From: Hemiscyllium ocellatum
Taxonomy: Eukaryota
Reading direction: 5' to 3'
DNA length: 64,000 nt
Assembly (NCBI RefSeq): GCF_020745735.1
Contig: NW_026867498.1
Span: forward strand, 310,001 to 374,000
Below are positions 11,130 through 24,039 of this stretch, piece by piece (the first letter of the stretch is position 1; each line of letters begins with the position of its first letter). A model generated the notes under the pieces. The model was not told the DNA's origin. It did not search any database and worked only from the letters and a program-made list of their open reading frames with translations. The translations under genes were made by a program, and so were the position numbers.

Positions 11130-14100
11130 AGGTCGGGGGTGGGTCAATCTGGAGGGAGGGTATTGGATGGGAGAGTGGGTTAGGGTCTCAATGGAGGTTA
11201 TGGGATAGGACAGCGGCAGAGTCTAGAGGAAGGGTATTCGATGTGGGGGGGATAGTGATGGTCCAGAGCAGGTGTATTAGACGTGGGTTGGGTTAGGATC
11301 AGAGGGAGGGTATTCAATGGGAGATGGTGCGAAGTCTAGGGGAGTATACAGTGGGGGGTCCAGGAGCTAGAGGGAAGGTAGTGTCTCGGGTGGGTGTTTG
11401 ATGGGAAGGTGGGTATGGGCCAGGAGAAGGTAATTCAATCAGTGGTTACGGTATAGAGGGGTGGCATTTGATGGGGGTAGGGTTATGGTCTCTAGAGGGT
11501 ATTTGATGGGGAGGTGGGACAGGATCTTGAGGTGTTATTCAACAGGGGCTATGGTCTAGGGGGGGCTATTGGAAGGGGTTATGCTCTGTGTGGAGGTTTT
11601 ACTGGGGTATAGATGGGGTATTGGATGGGTTAGGGTGTAGAGGGGGTAAAGAATGGGGATAGTGTCTGGGGTATTAGATGCTGGTGTCTTATAGTATAGA
11701 GGGGGTGTTGGATTGAGGTGGTTAGGGTATAGAGGGGAGTATTGGTTTGCGGTTGGTTTAGGATCGAGGAGATAGTTATTTGTTGGAGTGGGTTATGGTC
11801 TAGGGGTTGGGGTTTGGATGAGGCATGGGTTAGCGTCTGGTGATTGGGTAGTGGGTGAGGGTGGGTTAGAGTCTAGGAATTGCATATAGGTTGGGGAGGA
11901 ATAGGGTCTGAGGGTTGGGTGTTAGTTGGGGGAAGGGTTAGGGTGTGGGGGTATTGGTTGGGGAATGGGTTAGGCTCTAGGGTTGAGATACTGGAGGGGT
12001 GAGTTTGGGTGCAGGAGTTGGATTTTAGTTAGGGGTGGGTTACGGTGTAGAAGGGTATTGGTTGTAGAATGGGTTAGGGTCTAGGGTTTACATATTTGAT
12101 AGGGAGGGTTTGGGTGTCGGAGTTGGGTATTGGATGGGGTGTGAGTTAGGGTCTAGGTATTGGGGATTGGATGGGGTTTGGTTTGGGTGCAGAGGGGTAT
12201 TGGTTGGGGGTGGGTTCAGGTCTAGGTGTTGGTTATATTTGGGTGGGTTAGTGTTTCTGCGTTGTGTATTGGACAGAGAGTGTATTAGGGGTTGGGTACG
12301 GGATGTGAGAGTGTGTTAGGCTTTAGGGGTTGGGTATTGGTCGGAGAGTGGGTTAGGGTTTAGGGGTTGGGTATTGGATGGGGAGTGGGTTAGGGTTTAG
12401 GGGTTGGGTTTTGGACGGGGAGTGGGTTAGGGTTTAGAGGTTCGGTATTGGATGGGGAGTGGGTTAGGGGTTGGGTATTGGATGGGGAGTGTGTTTGGGT
12501 TTCGGGGTTGGGTGTTGGATGTGGAGTGGGTTAGGGTTTCGGGGTTGCGTATGGGATGGGGTGTGGGTTAGGGTTTAGGCGTTGTGTATTGGATGGGGAG
12601 TGGGTTAGGGATTAGGGGTTGGATATTGGATGGGGAGTGGGTTAGGGATTAAGAGTTGGGTATTGGATGGGGAGTGGGTTAGGATTTAGGGGTTGTGTAT
12701 TGGATGGGGAGTGGGTTAGGGATTAGGGGTTGGGTATTGGATGGGAAGTGGGAGGGTTTAGAGGTTGTGTATTGGAGGGGGAGTGGGTTAGGTTTAGGGG
12801 TTTGGTATTGGATGGGGAGTGTGTTTGGGTTTCGGGGTTGGGTGTTGGATGGGGAGTGGGTTAGGGTTTAGGGGTTGTGTATTGGATGGGGTGTGGGTTA
12901 GTGTTTCGTAGTTGGTAATTGGATGGGGAGAGGGTTGTGGTTTAGGGGTTTGGTATTGGATGGGGAGTGGGTTAGGGTTTAGGGGTTGTGTATTGGATGG
13001 GGAGTGGGTTAGGGATGAGGGGTTGGGTATTGGATGTGGAGTGGGTTAGGGATGAGGTGTTGGGTATTGGATGGGTAGTGGGTTAGGGTTTAGGGGTTGT
13101 GTATTGGATGGGGAGTGGGTTAGGGTTTAGGGTTTGGATATTGGAAGGGGAGTGGGTTAGGGATTAGGGATTGGATATTGGATGGGGAGTGGGTTGGGGA
13201 TTAGGGTTTGGGTATTGGATGGGGAGTGGTTTAGGGGTTGGGTATTGGATGGGGAATGGGTTAGGGTTTAGGGGTTTGGTATTGGATGGGGAGTGGGTTA
13301 GGGATTAGGGGTTGGGTATTGGATGGGGAGTGGGTTAGGGTTTAGGGTTTGGGTATTGGATGGGGAGTGGGTTAGGGATGAGGGGTTGGGTATTGGATGG
13401 GGAGTGGGTTAGGGATGAGGGGTTGGGTATTGGATCGGGAGTGGGTTAGGGTTTAGGGTTTGGGTATTGGAAGGGGTGTGGGTTGGGGATTAGGGGTTTG
13501 GTATTGGATGGTGAGTGGGTTAGGGTTTAGGGGTTGGGTATTGGATGGGGAGTGGGTTAGGGTTTAGAGGTTCGGTATTGGATGTGGAGTGGGTTAGGGT
13601 TTAGGTGTTGGATATTGGATGGGGAGTGGGTTAGGGATTAAGAGTTGGGTATTGGATGGGGAGTGGGTTAGGATTTACGGGTTGGGTATTGCATCGGGAG
13701 TGGGTTAAGGATTAGGGGTTGGGTATTGAATGGGGAGTGGGTTAGGTTTTAGGGGTTGGGTATTGGATGGGGAGTGGGTTAGGGTTTAGGGGTTGGATAT
13801 TGGATGGGGAGTGGGTTAGGGTTTAGGGATTGGGTATTGGATGGGGTGTGGGTTAGGGTTTAGGGGTTGTGTATTGGATGGGGAGTGGGTTAGGGGTTGG
13901 GTATTGAATGGGGAGTGGGTTAGGTTTTAGGGGTTGGGTATTGGATGGGGAGTGGGTTTGGGTTTAGGGGTTGGGTGTTGGATGGGGAGTGGGTTAGGGT
14001 TTAGGGGTTGGGTATTGGATGGGGTGTGGGTTAGGGTTTAGGGGTTGGGTACGGGATGGAGTGTGGGTTAGGGTTTAGGGGTTGTGTATTGGATGGGGAG

Positions 14101-14265
14101 TGGGTTAGGGATTAGGGGTTGGGTATTGGATGGGGTGTGAGTTAGTGTTTCGGAGTTGGTAATTGGATGGGGAGTGGGTTAGGGTCTCTGGGTTGTGTAT
14201 TGGTTGGCGGGTTGGTTAGGCTCTTTGAGGATATTGAATGGAGGGTTGGGTTAGGGGCTGGGAGA
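11130..14265 (+). repeat. G-rich 37-bp minisatellite (B2-A3 intron)
   Basis: Paralogous to 5460-8215, with different copy number. Confidence 0.92.
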
Positions 14266-14440
14266 GCTGACGTCGTAACCTGGACATGATAACTGATGGG
14301 GAATATTCCTGCTGGAGTGACCCTCTCCATCACGTTGGGGTGTTGGTGAGGGGGAAGACGGGAGTTGGGTGTATTACCTCGTAACTACATTCAACTCCTG
14401 GAGGGAGGCATTTCAATGGGATCTTCCTGTGCCACTGCAG

Positions 14441-14773
14441 CCCAGCTTTGGAAGCAGCCCTCTGTCCAGATGCTGGTGATGCAGACCGAGGACAAGGAGG
14501 GAGAGCTCCCTGGCAGTGGGAACACTACGCTGGCCTGCTTCGTGTCTGGCTTCTACCCGGGAGATGTCTACTTGAGCTGGAGGAGCCAGGGCCGGGAGCT
14601 CTCTGAGGGAGTGACTACTTTCCCAGTCACACCAGACCCTCATGGGACCTTCCACACAGTCAGCCAGCTCTCTGTGCCATCCCGAGACTGGCACAGTGGG
14701 TATAACTTCACCTGCCTGGTGGGACACCAGGCCCTGGAAGGGCTGAAGGAGACTCAGCTCCGGAAGGATTCAG
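14441..14773 (+). CDS. Ig C1-set domain exon A3
   Basis: tgcag| acceptor and |gtatag donor. 333 nt, open; MQTEDKEGE loop variant, DWH. Confidence 0.93.
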
Positions 14774-16636
14774 GTATAGTGGCATCGTGGCCAGTGGCAA
14801 ATTCTCAAGGAAGGACAGTGTCAATGCTGTCTCTCTCACTCCTCCACTCACACTCTCACTCACTCTCCCATTCCATAACTCACTCCCCCACTCCCTCACT
14901 GACTCCCTCACTCACTCTCTCACTCACCCTCTCACTTACTCACCCCCTCATTCTTTCCCTCACTCACTCATTCACCCCCTCACTCCATCACTCTCTCATC
15001 CCTTCACCGTTCATTCCCTCACTCCTGTATTCCCTCGCTCACTCACCTCTTCACTCACACCCTCACTCCCTCCCTCACCCCTTCACTCTCTCCCTTACTC
15101 TCTCCCTCATTCCTCACTCACTCCCTCACTACCTGAGTCATTACCTCAGTCACTCACTCACTCACTCCTTCACTCATGCCTGCACTCCCTCCCTCCCTGA
15201 CTCACTCGCGCACTCACTCACTCCCACTCCTTCCCCTGCCATCCCTCTTCCTGACGCAGTCTGAGCCAAACACCCTTCACATTCCCTTCCAATGGAGTTG
15301 CACTCTCCCTGCTCCATTCCCGGTTTCCCCTCAATCCCAAGTTCCCAGCTCTTCACCTCTCAGCCAGCATCTTCCATGTTAGATATTCCGAGTTCTGTGC
15401 ACCGTTTCCCTCTCGCTCGGTCAGACTCACACTCGGAGCACTGTGCACAGTTCCCGTCTCTGTATCCCTCGGTCAGACTCACTTTCCAAGTACTGTGCAC
15501 TGTTCCCGTCTCTGTATCCTTTGGTTAGACCCACACTCAGAGCACCGTGCACAGTTCCCGTCTCTCTATCCCACTGTCAGACCCACTCTCGGAGCACCGT
15601 GCACAGTTCCTGTCTCTGTATCCCTCTGTCAGACCCACACTCGGAGTGCCATGCACAGTATCTGTCTCCGTATCTCTCGGTCAGACCAACACTCGGAGCT
15701 CAGTGGACCATTCCTGTCTCTATTTCCCTCAGTTAGACCCACACTTGGAGCACCGTGCACAGTTTCCGTCTTTGTAACCCTCGGTCAGACCAAACCTGGA
15801 GCATCATGCATAGTTCCCATCTCTGTATCCATCAGTCAGACCCACATTTGGAGCACAGTGCACAATTCTTGTCTCTGTATCCCTCGTTCAGACCAAACCC
15901 GGAGCACCGTGCACAGTTCCCATCTCTGTATCCCTTGGTGAGACCCAGACTGGGAGCACCGTGAGCAGTTTCTGTATCCGTATCTTTCACTGACACCCAC
16001 ACTGGGAGAACCAGGCGCTCTCTCTGGCTCTCTTTCTCTCTCTCTGGCTCTCGCTCTGGCTCTCTTTCTCTGGCTCTTGCTCTGGCTCTCACTCTCTCTT
16101 TGGCTCTCTTTCTGGCTCTCGCTCTGGCTCTCTTTCTCTGGCTGTTGATCTGGCTCTCTCTCTCTCTCTGGTGTTCGCTCTGGCTCTTTCTCCATCTGGC
16201 GCTCTCTCTGGCTTTTTCTTTGGATCTCACTCTGGCTCTCGCTCAGGTGCTCTCTCTCTCTCTCTCTGACACTCTCTCTGGCTCTCGCTCTGGAGCGCTC
16301 TCTCTGGCTCGCTCTGGCTCTCGCTCTGGCTCTCAATCTCTCTCTCTAGCGCTCTCTCTGGCGCTCTCTCTGGCCCTCGTTATGGCTCTCGCTCTGGTGC
16401 TCTCCCTCTGTCTCTCTCTCTCTCTCTCGCTCTGGTGCTCTCTCTGCTTCTCTCTCTGGCGCTCTCTCTGGCTCTATCTCTAATTCTCTCTCTCGTGTTC
16501 TATCTCAATCTCTCTCTCAATTTCTCTCTCTATCTCTGTTTATCTCTCTCTCTGTCTCTCCATCTCTCAATCCTTCCCTCTCTCTCAATCTCTACCTCTC
16601 TCTGACTCTCTCTCAATCTCCCTCTCTCTCTCTCAG

Positions 16637-16957
16637 CTTCTGTCTCCGTCCGACATCCATCTCTCCGAGTGATCCCTCCATCTATCCGGGAGATGGTGAC
16701 CAAGCGGACTGCGACTCTGCACTGCGTAGCCACCCTGTTCATCCCTGAGCCCATCACCTTGCTCTGGAAGGCTCAGGGACTGGAGGTTCCCGGGTCTTCC
16801 CGGATCCTGGTACCAACTGCCAATGAGGATGGTAGCTACAGTGCCCAGAATGAGTTAACGTTGGCACGGAAGGACTGGGAGGCAGGGACCAGTTACAGCT
16901 GTCAGCTTGCAAATGCACAGTCCGATCCCATAAGCACCACTCTTCATGTGGCAGACG
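16637..16957 (+). CDS. Ig C1-set domain exon B3
   Basis: ctcag| acceptor and |gtgag donor. 321 nt, open. Confidence 0.92.
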
Positions 16958-16974
16958 GTGAGCTTGGGGCAATG

Positions 16975-19900
16975 AGGTCGGGGGTGGGTCAATCTGGAGG
17001 GAGGGTATTGGATGGGAGAGTGGGTTAGGGTCTCAATGGAGGTTATGGGATAGGGCAGCGGCAGAGTCTAGAGGAAGGGTATTCGATGTGGGGGGGATAG
17101 TGATGGTCCAGAGCAGGTGTATTAGACGTGGGTTGGGTTAGGATCAGAGGGAGGGTATTCAATGGGAGATGGTGCGAAGTCTAGGGGAGTATACAGTGGG
17201 GGGTCCAGGAGCTAGAGGGAAGGTAGTGTCTCGGGTGGGTGTTTGATGGGAAGGTGGGTATGGGCCAGGAGAAGGTAATTCAATCAGTGGTTACGGTATA
17301 GAGGGGTGGCATTTGATGGGGGTAGGGTTATGGTCTCTAGAGGGTATTTGATGGGGAGGTGGGACAGGATCTTGAGGTGTTATTCAACAGGGGCTATGGT
17401 CTAGAGGGGGCTATTGGAAGGGGTTATGCTCTGTGTGGAGGTTTTACTGGGGTATAGATGGGGTATTGGATGGGTTAGGGTGTAGAGAGGGGTAAAGAAT
17501 GGGGATAGTGTCTGGGGTATTAGATGCTGGTGTCTTATATATAGAGGGGGTGTTGGATTGAGGTGGTTAGAGTATAGAGGGGAGTATTGGTTTGCGGTTG
17601 GTTTAGGATCGAGGAGATAGTTATTTGTTGGAGTGGGTTATGGTCTAGGGGTTGGGGTTTGGATGAGGCATGGGTTAGCGTCTAGTGATTGGGTAGTGGA
17701 TGAGGGTGGGTTAGAGTCTAGGAATTGCATATAGGTTGGGGAGGAATAGGGTCTGGGGGTTGGGTGTTAGTTGGGAGAAGGTTTAGGGTGTGGGAGTATT
17801 GGTTGGGGAATGGGTTAGGTTCTAGGGTTGAGATACTGGAGGGGTGAGTTTGGGTGCAGGAGTTGGGTTTTAGTTAGGGGTGGGTTACGGTGTAGAAGGG
17901 TATTGGTTGTAGAATGGGTTAGGGTCTAGGGTTTACATATTTGATAGGGAGGGTTTGGGTGTCGGAGTTGGGTATTGGATGGGGTGTGAGTTAGGGTCTA
18001 GGTATTGGGGATTGGATGGGGTTTGGTTTGGGTGCAGAGGGGTATTGGTTGGGGGTGGGTTCAGGTCTAGGTGTTGGTTATATTTGGGTGGGTTAGTGTT
18101 TCCGGGTTGTGTATTGGACAAAGAGTGTATTAGGATTAGGGGTTGGGTACGGGATGTGAGAGTGTGTTAGGCTTTAGGGGTTGGGTATTGGACGGAGAGT
18201 GGGTTAGGGTTTAGGGGTTGGGTATTGGATGGGGAGTGGGTTAGGGATTAGGGGTTGGGTTTTGGACGGGGAGTGGGTTAGGGTTTAGGGGTTGTGTATT
18301 GGATGGGGAGTGGGTTAGGGTTTAGGGGTTGGGTTTTGGTCGGGGAGTGGGTTAGGGTTTAGGGGTTGGGTATTGGATGGGGAGTGGGATAGGGTTTAGG
18401 GGTTGGGTTTTGGACGGGGAGTGGGTTAGGGTTTAGGGGTTGTGTATTGGATGGGGAGTGGGTTAGGGATTAGTGGTTGGGTTTTGGACGGGGAGTGGGT
18501 TAGGGATTAGGGGTTGGGTATTGGATGGGGAGTGGGTTAGGGTTTAGGGGTTGGGTATTGGATGGGGAGTGGGTTAGGGATTAGGGGTTCGGTATTGGAT
18601 AGGGAGTGGGTTAGGGATGAGGGCCTGGGTATTGGATAGTGAGTGGGTTAGGGTTTAGGGGTTGGGTATTGGATGGGGAGTGGTTTAGGGATGAGGGGTT
18701 GGGTATTGGATGTGGAGTGGGTTAGGGATGAGGGGTTGGGTATTGGATGGGGAGTGGGTTAGGGTTTAGTGGTTGGGTATTGGAAGGGGGTTGGGTTGGG
18801 GATTAGGGGTTGTGTATTGGATGGGGAGTGGGTTAGGGTTTAGGGGTTGGATATTGGATGGGGAGTGGGTTAGGGTTTAGGGGTTGAGTATTGAATGAGG
18901 AGTGGGTAAGGGATGAGGGGTTGGGTACTGGATGTGGAGTGGGTTAGGGATGAGGGGTTGGGTATTGGATGGGGAGTGGGTTAGGGTTTAGGGGTTGGGT
19001 ATTGGAAGGGGGGTGGGTTAGGGTTTAGGGGTTGGGTATTGGATGGGGAGTGGGTTAGGGTTTAGGGGTTGTGTATTGGATGGGGGGTGGGTTAGGGTTT
19101 AGGGGTTGGGTTTTGGACGGGGAGTGGGTTAGGGATTAGGGGTTGGGTTTTGGACGGGGAATGCGTTAGGGATTAGGGGTTGGGTATTGGATGGGGAGTG
19201 GGTTAAGGTTTGGGGGTTGCGTACGGGATGGGGTGTGGGTTAGGGTTTAGTGGTTGTGTATTGGATGGGGAGTGGGTTAGGGATTAGGTGTTGGGTATTA
19301 GATGGGGAGTGGGTTAGGGTTTAGGGGTTTAGTATTGGATGGGGAGTGGGTTTGGGTTTAGGTGTTGGATATTGGATGGGGAGTGGGTTAGGGATTAAGA
19401 GTTGGGTATTGGATGGGGTGTGAGTTAGGGTCTAGGTATTGGGGATTGGATGGGGTTTGGTTTGGGTGCAGAGGGGTATTGGTTGGGGCTGGGTTCAGGT
19501 CTAGGTGTTGGTTATATTTGGGTGGGTTAGTGTTTCCGGGTTGTGTATTGGACAAAGAGTGTATTAGGATTAGGGGTTGGGTACGGGATGTGAGAGTGTG
19601 TTAGGCTTTAGGGGTTGGGTATTGGACGGAGAGTGGGTTAGGGTTTAGGGGTTGGGTATTGGATGGGGAGTGGGTTAGGGATTAGGGGTTGGGTTTTGGA
19701 CGGGGAGTGGGTTAGGGTTTAGGGGTTGTGTATTGGATGGGGAGTGGGTTAGGGTTTAGGGGTTGGGTTTTGGTCGGGGAGTGGGTTAGGGTTTAGGGGT
19801 TGGGTATTGGATGGGGAGTGGGATAGGGTTGAGGGGTTGGGTTTTGGACGGGGAGTGGGTTAGGGTTTAGGGGTTGTGTATTGGATGGGGAGTGGGTTAG

Positions 19901-21110
19901 GGATTAGGGGTTGGGTTTTGGCGGGGCGTGGGTTAGGGATTAGGGGTTGGGTATTGGATGGGGAGTGGGTTAGGGTTTAGGGGTTGGGTATTGGATGGGG
20001 AGTGGGTTAGGGATTGGGTATTGGATGGGGAGTGGGTTAGGGATGAGGGCTTGGGTATTGGATAGTGAGTGGGTTAGGGTTTAGGGGTTGGGTATTGGAT
20101 GGGGAGTGGGTTAGGGATGAGGGGTTGGGTATTGGATGGGGAGTGGGTTAGGGATTAGGGTTTGGGTATTGGATGGGGAGTGGGAGGGTTTAGAGGTTGT
20201 GTATTGGTGGGGGAGTGGGTTAGGGTTTAGGGATTTGGTATTGGATGGGGAGTGGGTTGGGGATTAGGTGTTGGCTATTGGATGGGGAGTGGGTTAGGGA
20301 TGAGGGGTTGGGTATTGGATGTGGTGTGGGTTAGGGATGAGGGGTTGGGTATTGGATGTGGAGTGGGTTAGGGATTGGGTATTGGATGGGGAGTGGGTTA
20401 GGGTTTAGGGATTGGGTATTGAATGGGGAGTGGGTTAGGGTTTAGGGGTTTGGTATTGGATGTGGAGTGGGTTAGGGATGAGGGGTTGGGCATTGGATCG
20501 GGAGTGGGTTAGGGTTTAGGGGCTGGGTATTGGAAGGGGGGTGGGTTGGGGATTAGGGGTTTGGTATTGGATGGTGAGTGGGTTAGGATTTAGGGGTTGG
20601 GTATTGGATGGGGTGTGGGTTAGGGTTTAGAGGTTTGGTATTGCATGTGGAGTGGGTTAGGGTTTAGGTGTTGGATATTGGATGGGGAGTGGGTTAGGGA
20701 TTAAGAGTTGGGTATTGGATGGGGAGTGGGTTAGGATTTAGGGGTTGTGTATTGGATGGGGAGTGGGTTGGGGATTAGGGGTTGGGTATTGAATGGGGAG
20801 TGGGTTAGGTTTTAGGGGTTGGGTATTGGATGTGGAGTGGGTTAGGGTTTAGGGGTTGGGTATTGGATGGGGTGTGGGTTAGGGTTTAGGGGTTGGGTAC
20901 GGGATGGGGTGTGGGTTAGGGTTTAGGCGTTGTGTATTGGATGGGGAGTGGGTTAGGGTTTAGGGGTTGTGTATTGGATGGGGTGTGAGTTAGTGTTTCG
21001 GAGTTGGTAATTGGATGGGGAGTGGGTTAGGGTCTCTGGGTTGTGTATTGGTTGGCGGGTTGGTTAGGCTCTTTGAGGGTATTGAATGGAGGGTTGGGTT
21101 AGGGGCTGGG
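16975..21110 (+). repeat. G-rich 37-bp minisatellite (B3-A4 intron), with an internal duplication at about 1.43 kb offset
   Basis: Paralogous array; the marker ggggtgtgagttagggtctaggtattgggg occurs at 17981 and 19415. Confidence 0.92.
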
Positions 21111-21288
21111 AGAGCTGACGTCGTAACCTGGACATGATAACTGATGAGGAATATTCCTGCTGGAGTGACCCTCTCCATCACGTTGGGGTGTTGGTGAGGG
21201 GGAAGACGGGAGTTGGGTGTATTACCTCATAACTACATTCAACTCCTGGAGGGAGGCATTTCAATGGGATCTTCCTGTGCCACTGCAG

Positions 21289-21621
21289 CCCAGCTTTGGA
21301 AGCAGCCCTCTGTCCAGATGCTGGTGATGGAGACCGAGGACGAGGAGGGAGAGCTCCCTGGCAGCGGGAACACTACGCTGGCCTGCTTCGTGTCTGGCTT
21401 CTACCCGGGAGATGTCTACGTGAGCTGGAGGAGCCAGGGCCGGGAGCTCTCTGAGGGAGTGACTACTTTCCCAGTCACACCAGACCCTCATGGGACCTTC
21501 CACACAGTCAGCCAGCTCTCTGTGCCATCCCGAGACTGGCTCAGTGGGTATAACTTCACCTGCCTGGTGGGACACCAGGCCCTGGAAGGGCTGAAGGAGA
21601 CTCAGCTCCGGAAGGATTCAG
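21289..21621 (+). CDS. Ig C1-set domain exon A4
   Basis: Conserved splice sites. 333 nt, open; VYVSW and DWL variants. Confidence 0.93.
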
Positions 21622-23699
21622 GTATAGTGGCATCGTGGCCAGAGACAAATCCTCAAGGAAGGACAGTGTCAATGCTGTCTCTCCCACTCCTCCACTCACA
21701 CTCTCACTCACTCTCCCATTCCATAACTCACTCCCCCACTCCCTCACTGACTCCCTCACTCAGTCTCTCACTCACCCTCTCACTTACTCTCCCCCTCATT
21801 CCTTCCCTCACTCACTCATTCACCCCCTCACTCCATCACTCTCTCATCCCTTCACCGTTCATTCCCTCACTCCTGTATTCCCTCGCTCACTCACCTCTTC
21901 ACTCACACCCTCACTCCCTCCCTCACCCCTTCACTCTCTCCCTTACTCTCTCCCTCATTCCTCACTCAGTCCCTCACCACCTGAGTCATTACCTCAGTCA
22001 CTCACTCACTCCTTCACTCATGCCTGCACTCCCTCCCTCCCTGACTCACTCGCGCACTCACTCACTCCTACTCCTTCCCCCTGCCATCCCTCTTCCTGAC
22101 GCAGTCTGAGCCACACCCCCTTCACATTCCCTTCCAATGGAGTTGCACTCTCCCTGCTCCATTCCCGGTTTCCCCTCAATCCCAAGTTCCCAGCTCTTCA
22201 CCTCTCAGCCAGCATCTTCCATGTTAGATATTCCGAGTTCTGTGCACCGTTTCCCTCTCGCTCGGTCAGACTCACACTCGGAGCACTGTGCACAGTTCCC
22301 GTCTCTGTATCCCTCGGTCAGACTCACTTTCCGAGTACTGTGCACTGTTCCCGTCTCTGTATCCTTTGGTTAGACCCACACTCAGAGCACCGTGCACAGT
22401 TCCCGTCTCTCTATCCCACTGTCAGACCCACACTCGGAGCACCGTGCACAGTTCCTGTCTCTGTATCCCTCTGTCAGACCCACACTCGGAGTGCCATGCA
22501 CAGTATCTGTCTCCGTATCTCTCGGTCAGACCAACACTCGGAGCTCAGTGGACCATTCCTGTCTCTATTTCCCTTGATCTGACACACTTGGAATGCCCTG
22601 CACAGTTCCTGTCTCACTATCCCTCGGTCAAACCCACAAAGAGAGCACCGTGCACAGTTCCAATTTAACTAACCCTCAGTCAGATCAACACTCGGAGCAC
22701 CGTGCACAGTTCCCGTCTCTCTATCCCTCAGTTAGACCCACACTTGGAGCACCGTGCACAGTTTCCATCTCCGTAACCCTCGGTCAGACCAAACCTGGAG
22801 CATCATGCATAGTTCCCATCTCTGTATCCCTCAGTCAGACCCACATTTGGAGCACAGTGCACAATTCTTGTCTCTGTATCCCTCGTTCAGACCAAACCCG
22901 GAGCACCGTGCACAGTTCCCATCTCTGTATCCCTTGGTGAGACCCAGACTGGGAGCACCGTGAGCAGTTTCTGTATCCGTATCTTTCACTGACACCCACA
23001 CTGGGAGAACCAGGCGCTCTCTTTCTCTCTCTCTGGCTCTCGCTCTGGCTCTCTTTCTCTGTCTCTTGCTCTGGCTCTCTCTCTCTCTCTTTGGCTCTCT
23101 TTCTGGCTCTCGCTCTGGCTCTCTTTCTCTGGCTGTTGATCTGGCTCTCTCTCTCTCTCTCTGGTGTTCGCTCTGGCTCTTTCTCCATCTGGCGCTCTCT
23201 CTGGCTTTTTCTTTGGATCTCACTCTGGCTCTCGCTCAGGTGCTCTCTCTCTCTCTCTCTCTCTGACACTCTCTCTGGCTCTCGCTCTGGAGCGCTCTCT
23301 CTGGCTCACTATCTGTCTGGCTCTCTCTCTGGCTCTCGCTCTGGCTCTCACTCTCTCTGGCGCTCTCTCTGGCCCTCGTTATGGCTCTCGCTCTGGTGCT
23401 CTCCCTCTGGCGCTCTCTCTGGCTCTCTCTCTGGTGCTCTCTCTGGAGCGCTCTCTCGCTGGTTCGCTCTCTGTCTCTCTCTCTCTCTCTCTCGCTCTGG
23501 TGCTCTCTCTGCTTCTCTCTCTGGCTCTATCTCTATCTCTAATTCTCTCTCTCGTGTTCTATCTCAATCTCTCTCTCTCTCAATTTCTCTCTCTATCCCT
23601 GTTTATCTCTCTCTCTGTCTCTCCATCTCTCAATCCCTCCCTCTCTCTCAATCTCTACCTCTCTCTGACTCTCTCTCAATCTCCCTCTCTCTCTCTCAG

Positions 23700-24020
23700 C
23701 TTCTGTCTCCATCCGACATCCATCTCTCCGAGTGATCCCTCCATCTATCCGGGAGATGGTGACCAAGCGGACTGCGACTCTGCACTGCGTAGCCACCCTG
23801 TTCATCCCTGAGCCCATCACCTTGCTCTGGAAGGCTCAGGGACTGGAGGTTCCCGGGTCTTCCCGGATCCTGGTACCAACTGCCAATGAGGATGGTAGCT
23901 ACAGTGCCCAGAATGAGTTAACGTTGGCACGGAAGGACTGGGAGGCAGGGACCAGTTACAGCTGTCAGCTTGCAAATGCACAGTCCGATCCCATAAGCAC
24001 CACTCTTCATGTGGCAGACG
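23700..24020 (+). CDS. Ig C1-set domain exon B4
   Basis: Conserved splice sites. 321 nt, open; SVSIRHP variant. Confidence 0.92.
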
Positions 24021-24039
24021 GTGAGCTTGGGACAATGAG

